Of a DNA stretch of 64,000 nt, positions 8,251 through 18,431 are shown in pieces. The notes beneath the pieces are model-generated. The model was not told where the DNA came from and ran no database searches. It worked only from the letters and a program-made list of their open reading frames with translations. This DNA comes from Sphingomonadaceae bacterium. Its GTDB lineage: Bacteria > Chloroflexota > UBA6077. The position numbers were made by a program, and so were the translations under genes. The number at the start of each line of letters is the position of its first letter. Position 1 is the stretch's first letter. Location: positions 10,054 to 74,053 of the forward strand of contig JBLNDL010000014.1 of NCBI GenBank assembly GCA_050261575.1. The letters are read 5' to 3'.

Positions 8251-9624
8251 ATGGCAACCATCGAGGGCTTCGTCGCCGAGAACGAGAAGCGGTTTCTGGA
8301 GGAGCTTAAGGAGTTTCTCCGCATCCCCTCCATCAGTGCCCTCCCCGAGCACAGGGAGGACATGGTGCGCTGTGCCGAGTTCGGCGCCGAGGAACTCAGG
8401 CGCATCGGGATGCAGCGAGCGGAGGTGCTGCCCACCGGCGGTGCCCCCGTGATCTACGGCGAGTGGCTGGGCGCGCCCGGCCGGCCCACGGTCCTGGTGT
8501 ACGGCCACTACGACGTTCAGCCGGTGGACCCGGTGGATCAGTGGAGCAGCCCTCCCTTCGATCCTCAGGTGAGAGGGAACGAGCTGTACGCTCGTGGATC
8601 GGCCGACGACAAGGGACAGGTTTTCCTCCATTGGAAGGCCGTCGAGGCCCACATGCGGGTGAACGGCCGTCTGCCGGTGAACCTCAAGTTTCTCATCGAG
8701 GGGGAAGAGGAGATCGGCAGCGAGCACCTGGACGAGTTCCTGAAGGCCAACCGGGAGCTGCTGAGTGCCGACGCCGTGGTGGTGTCGGACACCGCGTGGT
8801 TCGACAGAGGGATTCCCTCCATCTGCTACGGGCTGCGCGGTCTCACCTACCTGCAGGTGAACCTGAAGGCCGCCGCGAGCGATCTCCACTCGGGCAGTTT
8901 CGGCGGGGCCATCGCCGACCCAATCCAGGTGCTGGCCGAGATCATCGCGGGCCTCAAGGACGACCGGGGACGGGTCGACGTGCCGGGCTTCTACGACAGG
9001 GTGCGTCCTCTTTCCTCGGATGAGCGCCGGCAGTTCGCGAGCCTGCCGTTCGACGAGGAGAAGTACCGGAGGGAGATTGGCGCCGTGGCGCTTTGGGGTG
9101 AGGAAGGCTACACCCCACTAGAGAGGGTGTGGGCCAGGCCCACCCTGGACGTCAACGGGATCTGGGGAGGCTTCACGGGAGAGGGAAGCAAGACGGTGTT
9201 GCCCGCCAGGGCGTCCGCCAAGCTGAGCTGCCGGCTGGTGCCCGACCAGGATCCTGAGGAGATCTTCCGCCTGGTGTCGGCGCGGATAAGGGAGCTGTGT
9301 CCACCCGTGGTGGAGATGGAGATCGTCCCGATGCACTCTGGGATGTGGGCCATCACCCCCCTGGAGCATCCAGCCGTTCAGGCTGCCGCGCGGGCCATGG
9401 AGCGGGCCTTCCACAGGAAGCCGGCCTTCATCAGATCCGGGGGCTCGATCCCGATCGTCGCGTCCTTCGCGGAGGTGCTGGGAGCACCCACTGTGCTGAT
9501 GGGCTTCGCCCTGCCGGACGATCACGCCCACGCGCCTGACGAGCGGCTCGACCTGGGTAACTTCTTTGGTGGTATCCGAGCCTGCGCCTTCCTGTGGGAT
9601 GAGTTGGGTGGGGAGGGCCGTTGA
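8251..9624 (+). CDS. M20-family metallopeptidase (dipeptidase/ArgE-DapE-like)
   Basis: YGHYDVQP, RGSADDKG, EGEEE metal-ligand motifs; RBS AGGAAAGGAGG. Confidence 0.75.
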   Translation: MATIEGFVAENEKRFLEELKEFLRIPSISALPEHREDMVRCAEFGAEELRRIGMQRAEVLPTGGAPVIYGEWLGAPGRPTVLVYGHYDVQPVDPVDQWSSPPFDPQVRGNELYARGSADDKGQVFLHWKAVEAHMRVNGRLPVNLKFLIEGEEEIGSEHLDEFLKANRELLSADAVVVSDTAWFDRGIPSICYGLRGLTYLQVNLKAAASDLHSGSFGGAIADPIQVLAEIIAGLKDDRGRVDVPGFYDRVRPLSSDERRQFASLPFDEEKYRREIGAVALWGEEGYTPLERVWARPTLDVNGIWGGFTGEGSKTVLPARASAKLSCRLVPDQDPEEIFRLVSARIRELCPPVVEMEIVPMHSGMWAITPLEHPAVQAAARAMERAFHRKPAFIRSGGSIPIVASFAEVLGAPTVLMGFALPDDHAHAPDERLDLGNFFGGIRACAFLWDELGGEGR

Positions 9625-10595
9625 GGCTGGGCACCGGCGGACAACTGGGGTACTACGGGCTGATCGCCCTGGCGGCGGCGATGTGGGGCACCCTCGGGGT
9701 GTTGACCAAGCATCTCTACGAATACGGCGTCAGCCCGTGGTCGCTCACCTTCCTGCGGACACTTCTGGGGTTCCTGGCCTTCGGCGGGGTGATCCTCTTC
9801 TTGGATCGATCCAGGTTCCGCGTTCGGCGGCGGGATCTGCCCTACCTCGCCCTCTTCGGGCTGATCAGTACCTCGATCTTCTACGCCCTCTACCTCTACA
9901 CGATCAGCCTTACCAGCGTGGCGGTGGCCGCCGTGCTGCTCTACACCGCGCCAGTGTTCGCTGCCATCATGGCCAGGTTCGCATTCGGCGAAGCGATCAC
10001 CCCGCCCAAGGTGGTTGCCTTGCTGCTCACCTTTGCTGGATGCGTGCTGGTGGCTGGGCTCGAATCGGGGGCGCCGGTGGTGACGCCGCTTGGGATCGGC
10101 ACGGGGCTAGGCTCCGCCCTGACCTACGCCAGTTTTGGGATCATGGGCAAGAAGGCTGGCCAGCGCAACTGCCACTGGACAATCAACTTCTATTCCATGG
10201 GATTTGCCACCCTCTTCCTGTTGCCGGTGCTGGCGCTGCCGGAGGTGTCCCTCTGGCCCTACCAGACCGAGGTCTGGCTGCTGCTGGCCGTGATGACGGC
10301 GGGGCCCACCCTGGCCTCCAGGGCGCTCTACGTGGGGGCGGTGAAGCACGTGGAGGCGAGCCGGGCGGCCATCGTCGCCACGGTGGAGCCGGTCGCCGCG
10401 GCGGCCTTTGCCTTCCTGCTGCTGGGGGAGCTACTCTCCTCTAGCCAGTTGATGGGAGGCTTCCTCGTGCTGGCGGGCTCTGTGCTCGCCCAGCAGCCGG
10501 GCCGGCCGGACGCGGAGCCACGCGACCAGGGAGGCGCGCCCGCGAAGCGGGATGTTCTGGCGTCTACCTCAGCCTCACTTCAGCAGGACAGGTAG
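9621..10595 (+). CDS. EamA/DMT-family transporter
   Basis: 10 predicted TM helices with duplicated EamA-like halves; TTG start overlapping upstream stop. Confidence 0.65.
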   Translation: MRLGTGGQLGYYGLIALAAAMWGTLGVLTKHLYEYGVSPWSLTFLRTLLGFLAFGGVILFLDRSRFRVRRRDLPYLALFGLISTSIFYALYLYTISLTSVAVAAVLLYTAPVFAAIMARFAFGEAITPPKVVALLLTFAGCVLVAGLESGAPVVTPLGIGTGLGSALTYASFGIMGKKAGQRNCHWTINFYSMGFATLFLLPVLALPEVSLWPYQTEVWLLLAVMTAGPTLASRALYVGAVKHVEASRAAIVATVEPVAAAAFAFLLLGELLSSSQLMGGFLVLAGSVLAQQPGRPDAEPRDQGGAPAKRDVLASTSASLQQDR

Positions 10596-10656
10596 TCTGG
10601 ACAGCCACACTGGTGTAGAATCATACAGATCCGATTCCTGACTCCAGGACGAGCCT

Positions 10657-13098
10657 ATGAGCGCGTCGGCGTCCAGACTGCGGCGGTGGCTGCCGACTCG
10701 GCGGGGTCGGCCGACGGCAGTCCTTCCACTCGGGCTCCAGACCAGGATCGCCCTCCTCGTGGCCTCGGGGCTGCTGGCTCTCATGACTTCGTTCGTGGTG
10801 TTGGGCCTCGCCTCGTTGCGCGAGAGTACCGAGCAGGGCACTCAGCACAGGGTCGCCCTGGCACGGACGGCTGCAGTGCATCTGGACTTCATCCTGGAGC
10901 AGGCCGCCACGATGATCCGCTTGAGCGGCCAGGAACTGGCGGCGGCTCTCCAATCCCGCGACCAAGAGGCTGTTCGGGTGTCGCTGCGGGATGCAGCGCA
11001 CCGGATGGCCACTGTCGCGGATGGCATCCTCCTCTTCGACTCATCGGGACTTCTGCTGCAGTCTGAACCCTCCGATCTCAGCTTCTCCTACCCCTCGATC
11101 GGCCCCGGGGCGTTCGCTGCCCTGGCCTCTGGAGGGGCGATGGCGGTGGACTGGGTGCGCACGCCCCTCGGCGCCGTGGCTCTCGTCGTGGTGCCGTTGC
11201 CCGGAAGCGGCGAGGCCGACGGTGGCTACCTAGCTGCCGCCGTCGACTTCTCGGGCCAGGCTGTGGGCCACTGGCTTCGACAACTGGCACTGGGCAGAAG
11301 CGGGCGCGTGGACATCGTGGACGGTGATGGCGTGGTGCTCACGACGACCGACGAGCAGGATGCCCCGAGCGCCGAGAGCCACGCGGGCTACTTCGCAGGG
11401 TTGATGGCCGAGAGGCGAGCCACCGTGTCCACCTGCTACGACTGCCACACCACCTCCCAGGGGCAGGCGAGGAGCCGCGAGGTGATGGCCTATGCCCCGC
11501 TCCGAGTGGCCGACTGGGGAGTTGTGCTGCGGCAATCCGAAGACGAGGTGCTGGAGCCGACCCACCGGCTGCAGCGACAGGTGCTGGTGCTGGGGGGCGT
11601 CTCGCTGCTGGTTGCCCTCCTGATGGTGTGGCTGACCACCAGGAGCGTGGTGGGGCCCATCCGCGCCCTGACCCAGTCGGCGCGGAGGATCGCGGATGGG
11701 CATCTGGGTGAGGCGGTGGCCGTTCACGGCTCGGACGAGGTGGGTGAGCTGGCTCGCACGCTGGACCACATGAGGGCAAGGCTCCAGCGGTCGATCGAGG
11801 AGATCAAGGCGGGCGCCGCGGAGCTGGAAAGCCGGGTTCGGGAGCGCACGGCGGAACTGGAGCGCTCCGAGGGCGAGCTTCTCCGGCGCAACCGGGAGCT
11901 CTCCACTCTGAACTCCATAGCCGTGGCCCTCAACCAGTCGTTGGACCTGGAGTCCATCCTGAACGTCGCTCTCCTGAACGCGCTGCGGCTGACGGGGATG
12001 GATGCCGGGGCGATCTACCTGCTGGACGAGCACACCGGGGAGCTGGAGTTGGCCGCGCACCACGGCCTCTCGCGAGAGGCTGCCCAGGTGGCTGCGAACC
12101 TGGGATTGAGCGCCAGCCTCTGCGCGGCGGCGGCGCAGGCGGGAGAGCCCATCCTGGTGGAGGACACACACCGCTACGCAAGGGGGGCGAAGGGGGTGCT
12201 GCGCAGCGAAAAGATGAGGTGCATGGTGCGCGTGCCCTTCAAGTCCACCCGTGGCCTGCTGGGGACGATGTGCCTCGGGTCCGGCACCAGCAGGGGCTTC
12301 TCCAAGGCGGAGATGGACCTGCTGACCTCTGTCAGCAACCAGATCGCGGTCGCGGTGCAGAACGCCCGGCTGTACGAGGAGCTGCAGCGCAAGGAGAGGA
12401 TGAGGGGCGAACTGCTGCTGAAGGTGATCACGGCGCAGGAGGCAGAGCGAAAGCGGATCGCCCGGGAGCTGCACGATCAGACCAGCCAGGCCCTTGCCGC
12501 GCTGGCGGTGGCGGTGGAGACCGCCGCCGGTCAGGCGGCCGAGGGGGGAGACGTCGTCGAGAGCCTGGCGCGAATGAAATCGCTGGCAGTGGACACGTTG
12601 GAGGAGATCCACCGCCTGATCTTCGATCTCAGGCCGACGCTGCTGGACGATCTGGGGCTGATCGCCGCGCTCAGGTGGTACGCCGAGACGAGGCTGGGCG
12701 AGGTGGGGATCAAGGTGCGGCTGGAGGTGGTGGGTGAGGAGACGCGGTTGGCACCTCAGATCGAGACGGCGCTCTACCGGGTGGTGCAGGAGGCCGTCAC
12801 CAACGTGGCGAATCACTCAGGTGCACAGAGTTTCACGGTCACGCTGGTCCTCAAACCGGACCGCCTGCAGCTCAGCATGGTGGACGACGGGTGGGGCTTC
12901 GACATGGCCGAGCTAGCCCGCTCCCGTGATCAGAAGCGGGGGCTCGGGCTGATGGGGATGAAGGAGCGGGTGGAGCTGCTGGGCGGGAGCTTTTCGATCT
13001 ATTCGGAGTTGGGTGGAGGCACGAAGATCACGGTGGAGGTTCCGCTCACTGTGGGTGGGGGAGAGGGCGGCGAGGGAGAAGCGGGGCTCGCCGGTTGA
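10657..13098 (+). CDS. sensor histidine kinase: periplasmic domain with c-type heme motif (CYDCH), HAMP, GAF, HisKA_3, HATPase_c
   Basis: TM1 ~aa30-52, periplasmic CXXCH at aa260-264 (nt 11434-11448), TM2 ~aa308-327; HAMP; GAF; ARELHDQTSQAL H-box (NarX/NarL type); C-terminal ATPase. Confidence 0.8.
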   Translation: MSASASRLRRWLPTRRGRPTAVLPLGLQTRIALLVASGLLALMTSFVVLGLASLRESTEQGTQHRVALARTAAVHLDFILEQAATMIRLSGQELAAALQSRDQEAVRVSLRDAAHRMATVADGILLFDSSGLLLQSEPSDLSFSYPSIGPGAFAALASGGAMAVDWVRTPLGAVALVVVPLPGSGEADGGYLAAAVDFSGQAVGHWLRQLALGRSGRVDIVDGDGVVLTTTDEQDAPSAESHAGYFAGLMAERRATVSTCYDCHTTSQGQARSREVMAYAPLRVADWGVVLRQSEDEVLEPTHRLQRQVLVLGGVSLLVALLMVWLTTRSVVGPIRALTQSARRIADGHLGEAVAVHGSDEVGELARTLDHMRARLQRSIEEIKAGAAELESRVRERTAELERSEGELLRRNRELSTLNSIAVALNQSLDLESILNVALLNALRLTGMDAGAIYLLDEHTGELELAAHHGLSREAAQVAANLGLSASLCAAAAQAGEPILVEDTHRYARGAKGVLRSEKMRCMVRVPFKSTRGLLGTMCLGSGTSRGFSKAEMDLLTSVSNQIAVAVQNARLYEELQRKERMRGELLLKVITAQEAERKRIARELHDQTSQALAALAVAVETAAGQAAEGGDVVESLARMKSLAVDTLEEIHRLIFDLRPTLLDDLGLIAALRWYAETRLGEVGIKVRLEVVGEETRLAPQIETALYRVVQEAVTNVANHSGAQSFTVTLVLKPDRLQLSMVDDGWGFDMAELARSRDQKRGLGLMGMKERVELLGGSFSIYSELGGGTKITVEVPLTVGGGEGGEGEAGLAG

Positions 13099-13109
13099 GG
13101 GTGAAGGGG

Positions 13110-13760
13110 ATGGGGAAGATACGGGTACTGCTGGTTGACGACCACGCGATCCTGCGGGAGGGGATACGTGCCCTGCTCGCGCTGTCCAAGGATATCGACG
13201 TGGTGGGGGAGGCTGCCGACGGGCAGACGGGCATCGAGTGCGCGCGGGAGTTGGCGCCGGACGTGGTGCTGATGGATATCGCGATGCCTGTTCTGGACGG
13301 GCTGGAGGCCACGCGCCGGATCAAGGAGCGGCAGAAGGGGACGAAGGTGCTGATCCTGACCCAGCACGAGAATCGGGAGTACGTCTACCCCATCCTGAAG
13401 GCCGGCGCCGACGGGTACGTGCTGAAGAAGGCGGCGGGCACGGAGTTGATCTCGGCCATTCGTGCGGTGCACGAGGGCGGCACCTTCCTCTATCCCTCGG
13501 TGGCGAAGGCGGTGGTGGAGGACTACCTGCGTCCGGACGGGACGGTCGCCGAGCGTCGCCACGCCAGGCTCACAGACCGGGAGGTCGAGGTGCTGAAGCT
13601 GGTGGCGGAGGGGCGCAGCAACCAGGAGATCGCCGACCTGCTCTGCCTCAGCGTCAAGACCGTGACGGGACACCGGACCAACATCATGGAGAAGCTGGAT
13701 CTCCACAGCCGCACCGAACTGGTGAAGTACGCGATTCGGACCGGCCTGGTCCAGCCCTGA
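13110..13760 (+). CDS. NarL/LuxR-family response regulator
   Basis: VLLVDDH...D receiver domain; C-terminal LuxR HTH (EVLKLVAEGRSNQEIA); RBS GAAGGGGA. Confidence 0.85.
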   Translation: MGKIRVLLVDDHAILREGIRALLALSKDIDVVGEAADGQTGIECARELAPDVVLMDIAMPVLDGLEATRRIKERQKGTKVLILTQHENREYVYPILKAGADGYVLKKAAGTELISAIRAVHEGGTFLYPSVAKAVVEDYLRPDGTVAERRHARLTDREVEVLKLVAEGRSNQEIADLLCLSVKTVTGHRTNIMEKLDLHSRTELVKYAIRTGLVQP

Positions 13761-13768
13761 CGTTCGGC

Positions 13769-13803
13769 GAACAGGGCGTTTTTCCCCCTTGGAACAGGGC
13801 GTT
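13769..13803 (+). promoter_or_regulatory. tandem direct repeat GAACAGGGCGTT (x2, 23 bp centre to centre) in the dsrA upstream region
   Basis: GAACAGGGCGTT at 13769-13780 and 13792-13803, just downstream of the RR gene and ~170 nt upstream of the dsrA ATG. Confidence 0.4.
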
Positions 13804-13974
13804 CTGCGGATATGCCCCCCACCTCTGCTCCCCTAGACTGCGGACGGTAGCTTCCGCTCCGGCACCGTTTTCCATCCGAGGTCTCGCGCGCTGTCTCCCC
13901 GCCGGCTCTGGGGTGCCGATTCGTCCGCCATCAAACCGGGACAGGGGAGCGCGGAATGCTGTGGGAGGTAGTTG

Positions 13975-15159
13975 ATGGCAGACGATTCCAAGACACCCTT
14001 GGTGGACGAACTGGAAAAGGGAAGCTGGCCCAGTTTCGCCAAAGAAATGAAGCGGCGGGCCGAGAAGAACCTGGCCGCGAAGGACTTGGTAGGCCAGCTT
14101 GAACTCTCCTACCAGGAGAAACGGGTCCACTGGAAGCACGGCGGGGTCGTGGGCGTCAGGGGCTACGGGGGTGGGGTGATCGGTCGCTACTCCGACGTTC
14201 CCGAGAAGTTCCCCAACGCCGCCGAGTTCCACACGATGCGGGTGAACCAGCCCAGTGGCTGGTTCTACACCACCGAAAGCCTCCGCAAGCTGTGCGACGT
14301 TTGGGAGAAGTACGGGACGGGCCTCACCAACATGCACGGCTCCACAGGCGACATCATCCTCCTGGGCACGCAGACGGCCAACTTGCAGGAAGCCTTCAAC
14401 GCCCTGAGCGACGCCGGGTTCGACCTGGGTGGCTCCGGCTCCGACCTACGAACCCCGAGCGCCTGCGTGGGCCCCGCTCGATGCGAGTACGCCTGCATCG
14501 ACAGCCTGGGGATCTGCCACGACATCACTACGACCTACCAGAACGAGATTCACCGGCCGATGTGGCCCTACAAGTTCAAGATCAAGGTGGCGGGTTGCGC
14601 CAACGACTGCGTCGCATCCGTCGCCAGGTCCGATTTCGCCATCATCGGCACCTGGAAGGGCCCTTTGCGGATAGACCAGGCCGCGGTGAAGGAGTACATC
14701 GCCGCGGGCTTCGACGTGAAGGGCGAGGTGGTCGATATGTGCCCCACGAGGGCGCTGTGGCTGAACCAGGATGACAGCCTGGCTCTTGTCGCCGAGGAGT
14801 GCAAGCGCTGCATGCACTGTCTCAACAAGATGCCGAAGGCGATCAAGCCCGGCAGCGAGAAGGGCGCGACGATTATGGTCGGCGGGAAGGCCCCCATCGT
14901 CCGCGGCGCCTACCTCTCGTGGGTGGTCGTGCCATTCATGAAAATGGAGCCTCCCTACACGGAGTTGAAGGAGCTGCTGGAGAAGATCTGGGAGTGGTGG
15001 GACGAGCACGGGAAGTCCAGGGAGCGGATCGGGGAGTTGATCGACCGACTCGGGATGGGCCGCTTCCTCCGCGATCTGGGACTGGAGCCCTCGCCTGCGA
15101 TGGTGTTCCAGCCGAGGTCCAACCCCTACTACTTCTGGCAGCCCGAGGAGGTGAAGTGA
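13975..15159 (+). CDS. dsrA: dissimilatory sulfite reductase alpha subunit
   Basis: ~395 aa; siroheme/FeS Cys clusters ([16 protein letters not shown]), ferredoxin-like insert (CKRCMHCLN); RBS GGAGG. Confidence 0.85.
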   Translation: MADDSKTPLVDELEKGSWPSFAKEMKRRAEKNLAAKDLVGQLELSYQEKRVHWKHGGVVGVRGYGGGVIGRYSDVPEKFPNAAEFHTMRVNQPSGWFYTTESLRKLCDVWEKYGTGLTNMHGSTGDIILLGTQTANLQEAFNALSDAGFDLGGSGSDLRTPSACVGPARCEYACIDSLGICHDITTTYQNEIHRPMWPYKFKIKVAGCANDCVASVARSDFAIIGTWKGPLRIDQAAVKEYIAAGFDVKGEVVDMCPTRALWLNQDDSLALVAEECKRCMHCLNKMPKAIKPGSEKGATIMVGGKAPIVRGAYLSWVVVPFMKMEPPYTELKELLEKIWEWWDEHGKSRERIGELIDRLGMGRFLRDLGLEPSPAMVFQPRSNPYYFWQPEEVK

Positions 15160-15160
15160 G

Positions 15161-16225
15161 ATGGCAGAGGCTAGAACCGATTTCGGGCCTCCGTACTTCA
15201 AGGACATGTTGCCTCCGGTGATGGCGGAGAACTACGGCAAGTGGGTCTACCACGAGACGCTGCGCCCCGGGGTGTTGATGCACGTGGCCGAGAGCGGGGC
15301 GGCGGTCTACACGGTGAGGGTCGGCTCGCCCCGCCTGATGAGCATAGACACCATCCGAGAGCTGTGCGACGTGGCCGATCGGTACTGCGACGGCCACCTG
15401 CGCTTCACGAGCCGGCACAACGTCGAGTTTCTGCTGACCGACCCGGGCAAGATCGAGCCGCTGATGGCCGAAATGAAGAGCCGCGGCTGGCCGGTGGGCG
15501 GGACGGGAAACTCGATCAGCAACATCGTGCACACCCAGGGGTGGATCCACTGCCACAGTGCGGCCACCGACGCCTCCGCGCTGGTGAAGTCCATCATGGA
15601 CGAGGTCCAACCCTACTTCGAGAGCATGACGCTGCCCGCGAAGGTGCGGATCGCAGTGGCCTGCTGCCTCAATATGTGTGGCGCGGTGCACTGCTCCGAC
15701 ATCGCCCTTGTGGGGATCCATCGGAAGCCGCCAAAGGTGGACGCCGAGCGGCTGGCGAAGACCTGCGAGGTGCCGAACATCATCGCGGCCTGCCCGACTG
15801 CGGCGATCCGGCCGAACCCGAAGGAGAAGGGAGTCATCATCAACGAAGAGCGATGCATGTACTGCGGCAACTGCTTCACCGTGTGCCCGGCCATGCCCAT
15901 CGCCGACCCGGAGAACGACGGGGTGGCGGTCTTCGTGGGCGGCAAGGTGTCGAACGCGAGGAGCGCTCCGATGTTCTCCCGGCTGGCGATTCCATATCTG
16001 CCCAACAACCCGCCTCGCTGGCCCGAGACGGTGGCCGCGGTGAAGACCATCGTCGAGGTGTACGCGAAGCACGCCCGCAAGGGCGAGCGGGTCGGGGAGT
16101 GGATCGAGCGGGTCGGCTGGGAGCGGTTCTTCCAGTTGACGGGCATCCCGTTCACCGACAAGCACATCGACGACTTCCGCTTCGCTCCCACCACCTTCAG
16201 GACCTCGGCTGCGTTCAAGTGGTAA
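15161..16225 (+). CDS. dsrB: dissimilatory sulfite reductase beta subunit
   Basis: 354 aa; [20 protein letters not shown] siroheme-[4Fe-4S] motif, ferredoxin insert [12 protein letters not shown]; 1-nt gap after dsrA. Confidence 0.85.
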   Translation: MAEARTDFGPPYFKDMLPPVMAENYGKWVYHETLRPGVLMHVAESGAAVYTVRVGSPRLMSIDTIRELCDVADRYCDGHLRFTSRHNVEFLLTDPGKIEPLMAEMKSRGWPVGGTGNSISNIVHTQGWIHCHSAATDASALVKSIMDEVQPYFESMTLPAKVRIAVACCLNMCGAVHCSDIALVGIHRKPPKVDAERLAKTCEVPNIIAACPTAAIRPNPKEKGVIINEERCMYCGNCFTVCPAMPIADPENDGVAVFVGGKVSNARSAPMFSRLAIPYLPNNPPRWPETVAAVKTIVEVYAKHARKGERVGEWIERVGWERFFQLTGIPFTDKHIDDFRFAPTTFRTSAAFKW

Positions 16226-16283
16226 AGGAGTGGGATGGTGGGGGCGGGCTCCGCCCCCACCGATCCATCGAAGGGAGTTGGCC

Positions 16284-16475
16284 ATGAGTGAGGATCTGAA
16301 GGATCGGGTGATGGCCTATCTGGCCACGGTGGAGAAGGCGAAGAACAGGGACATCGCGAACGCCCTGGGGGCGCCGAAGCCCGAGGTGGACAAGGCGGTT
16401 GGCGACCTGGCCAAGGAGGACAAGATCGAGTACATCTACATCGGCACCTCCTACGTGAAGATCAAGGGGAAGTAG
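16284..16475 (+). CDS. dsrD: DsrD-like small winged-helix protein
   Basis: 63 aa MSEDLKDRVMAYLA...IEYIYIGTSYVKIKGK; position right after dsrB and size/pattern match DsrD; RBS GGAG. Confidence 0.55.
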   Translation: MSEDLKDRVMAYLATVEKAKNRDIANALGAPKPEVDKAVGDLAKEDKIEYIYIGTSYVKIKGK

Positions 16476-16487
16476 GGGCCCTCACCC

Positions 16488-16533
16488 CGCAACGCGAGCG
16501 AGTGCAGCGTTGCGCCTCTTGCAGAAGGAGAGG
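16488..16533. repeat. compound hairpin repeat: family H copy 4 plus CCTCTT..AGAGG hairpin
   Basis: CGCAACG-CGAGCGAGTGCAG-CGTTGCG, then CCTCTTGCAGAAGGAGAGG; preceded by GCCCTCACCCC. Confidence 0.55.
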
Positions 16534-16559
16534 GGGAACTGGGGACAGCCTCTCCCGTC

Positions 16560-17099
16560 GTGAGAGGGGGCTGGCAGGTAGCGGTGCTGACGGAGTTGAT
16601 CGAGGCGAACCGAGCCACGCTGCTGAAGCGATGGTTCGAATCGATATTGGAGGGTTACCCCTCGGACGTGGCCGGCCTTCTACGTCGGGAGGCTGACCCG
16701 TTCCTGAACCCCGTCGGAAGCACGATCTCCCGGGAGATCGGGACCGTGCTGGACGAGCTTCGCCGTGGCGGGGGCGGCGCCGGGCTCTCGGCCGCGCTGG
16801 ACGCCATCGTTCAGATCCGGGCGGTGCAGGAGATGGAGCCATCCCGGGCAGTCGGGTTCGTCTTCCTGCTCAAGAGGGTGGTGAGGGAGACGGTCGACGT
16901 CGAGGGCGCGGACCCGCGGCTGCAGGCTGAACTGCAGGAGTTCGAGTCCAGGGTGGATGGTGCGGCTCTTCTCGCCTTCGACCTGTACCTGAAGCATCGG
17001 GAGAGGATCCACGAGATCCGCACGAAGGAGGTTCGGGAGAGGTCCGAACGTCTGATGGAGCGGATGAGCCGGATCTACGGGATACGGGAGCCGGTGTAG
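16560..17099 (+). CDS. dsrT: DsrT-like protein (RsbRD_N-type domain)
   Basis: 179 aa between dsrD and dsrM; LKRWFESIL..ADPFLNPVG pattern resembles the RsbRD N-domain/DsrT; start uncertain (GTG 16560 or 16584). Confidence 0.45.
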   Translation: MRGGWQVAVLTELIEANRATLLKRWFESILEGYPSDVAGLLRREADPFLNPVGSTISREIGTVLDELRRGGGGAGLSAALDAIVQIRAVQEMEPSRAVGFVFLLKRVVRETVDVEGADPRLQAELQEFESRVDGAALLAFDLYLKHRERIHEIRTKEVRERSERLMERMSRIYGIREPV

Positions 17100-17312
17100 G
17101 GGCAGGCGGGCGTGTCTGCCCGGCCGAGGTGGAAGCGCGGCGCCGTGTGTGAGGGACGAGGGCGCACCCGTGTGTGCGCCCCTGCCAGGGTGACGCCGCG
17201 TCGGTAGGGGCTGACGCGCATCGGTCTGGGCGGGCCCGAAGAGCAGTCGACGGCGAGAACGCCGAGTCGGCGGGCATGGTGGCAGGGCTGCCGGCCCCCA
17301 CGTTACCCACTC

Positions 17313-17358
17313 CACAACGCGAGCGAGCGCAGCGTTGCGCCTCTCCCAGGGGGAGAGG
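17313..17358. repeat. compound hairpin repeat: family H copy 5 plus CCTCTCCC..GGGAGAGG hairpin
   Basis: CACAACG-CGAGCGAGCGCAG-CGTTGCG, then CCTCTCCCAGGGGGAGAGG; ~70 nt upstream of dsrM. Confidence 0.55.
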
Positions 17359-17425
17359 CAGAGTAGCGGAGAGATCCAGCGAGCGAGGCATTCGTTCCGA
17401 TGGCCGTGAAGCGAGGCAGTGCTAG

Positions 17426-18430
17426 ATGAGAATCCTCTGTCCCATGCTGGCGGTCCTGGCCATCGCCCTGATCGGGCTGGCGGGCGGGAGCGTGAGCGGC
17501 CTGCGAGCCGTCTTCGGCATCGCCATTCCGTATCTGGCCCTCGGTCTCTTCGTCGTGGGGTTGGTGTGGAGGGTGGTGGACTGGGCCAGATCGCCCGTCC
17601 CCTACCGCATACCCACCACCTGCGGGCAGCAGAGATCGCTGCCCTGGCTGAGAGCCAGTAACCTGGAGAGCCCGCACGACACCCTGGGCGTCGTGGGCCG
17701 TATGGCCCTGGAGGTGCTGGCGTTCCGGTCCCTGTTCCGGAATAGCTCCGTGGAGATAAGGGGCAAGCGGCTGCTATACCGCGACCGGAAGCTGCTGTGG
17801 GTGGCCGCGATCTTCTTCCACTGGTCCATGCTGGTGGTGATCCTCCGGCACTCGCGCTTCTTCCTGGAGCCGGTGCCTGTCTTCGTCTCCCTGCTCCAAT
17901 CGTTGGACGGGTTCTTCCAGATAGGCGAGCCGGTGCTGTTCGTCACGACGGTGGGCTTCCTGGCCGGGCTGAGCTACCTGCTGGTCCGCCGGGTGGTGCT
18001 GCCGCAGGTCCGCTACATCTCGCTGCCATCGGACTACTTCCCCCTCTTCCTCCTCATTGGCATCGGGCTCACCGGTGTCCTGATGCGCCACTTCTTCCGC
18101 ACCGACGTGGCGGCGGTGAAGGATCTGACCCTGGGGTTGGTGAGCCTTCAGCCCGTGGTTCCGGACGGGGTGTCGCCCCTCTTCTTCGCCCACCTGCTTC
18201 TGGTCAGCAGCCTCTTCGCCTACTTCCCCGCGAGCAAGCTGATGCACGCGGGTGGCATCTTCCTGAGCCCGACCAGAAACCTGGCGAACGACAGCCGAGC
18301 GCGCAGGCACGTGAACCCGTGGAACCATCCGGTGCCGGTCCACAGCTACTGGGAGTGGCAACAGGAGTTCAAGGACAAGCTGGAGGCGGCGGGGCTGCCG
18401 TTGGATCCCGAGCCGAGTCGAGAAGGTTGA
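17426..18430 (+). CDS. dsrM: DsrM, membrane di-heme b subunit (NarI/HdrE-like)
   Basis: 334 aa, ~6 TM helices, conserved His in TM helices; first gene of the dsrMKJOP block. Confidence 0.8.
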   Translation: MRILCPMLAVLAIALIGLAGGSVSGLRAVFGIAIPYLALGLFVVGLVWRVVDWARSPVPYRIPTTCGQQRSLPWLRASNLESPHDTLGVVGRMALEVLAFRSLFRNSSVEIRGKRLLYRDRKLLWVAAIFFHWSMLVVILRHSRFFLEPVPVFVSLLQSLDGFFQIGEPVLFVTTVGFLAGLSYLLVRRVVLPQVRYISLPSDYFPLFLLIGIGLTGVLMRHFFRTDVAAVKDLTLGLVSLQPVVPDGVSPLFFAHLLLVSSLFAYFPASKLMHAGGIFLSPTRNLANDSRARRHVNPWNHPVPVHSYWEWQQEFKDKLEAAGLPLDPEPSREG

Positions 18431-18431
18431 G

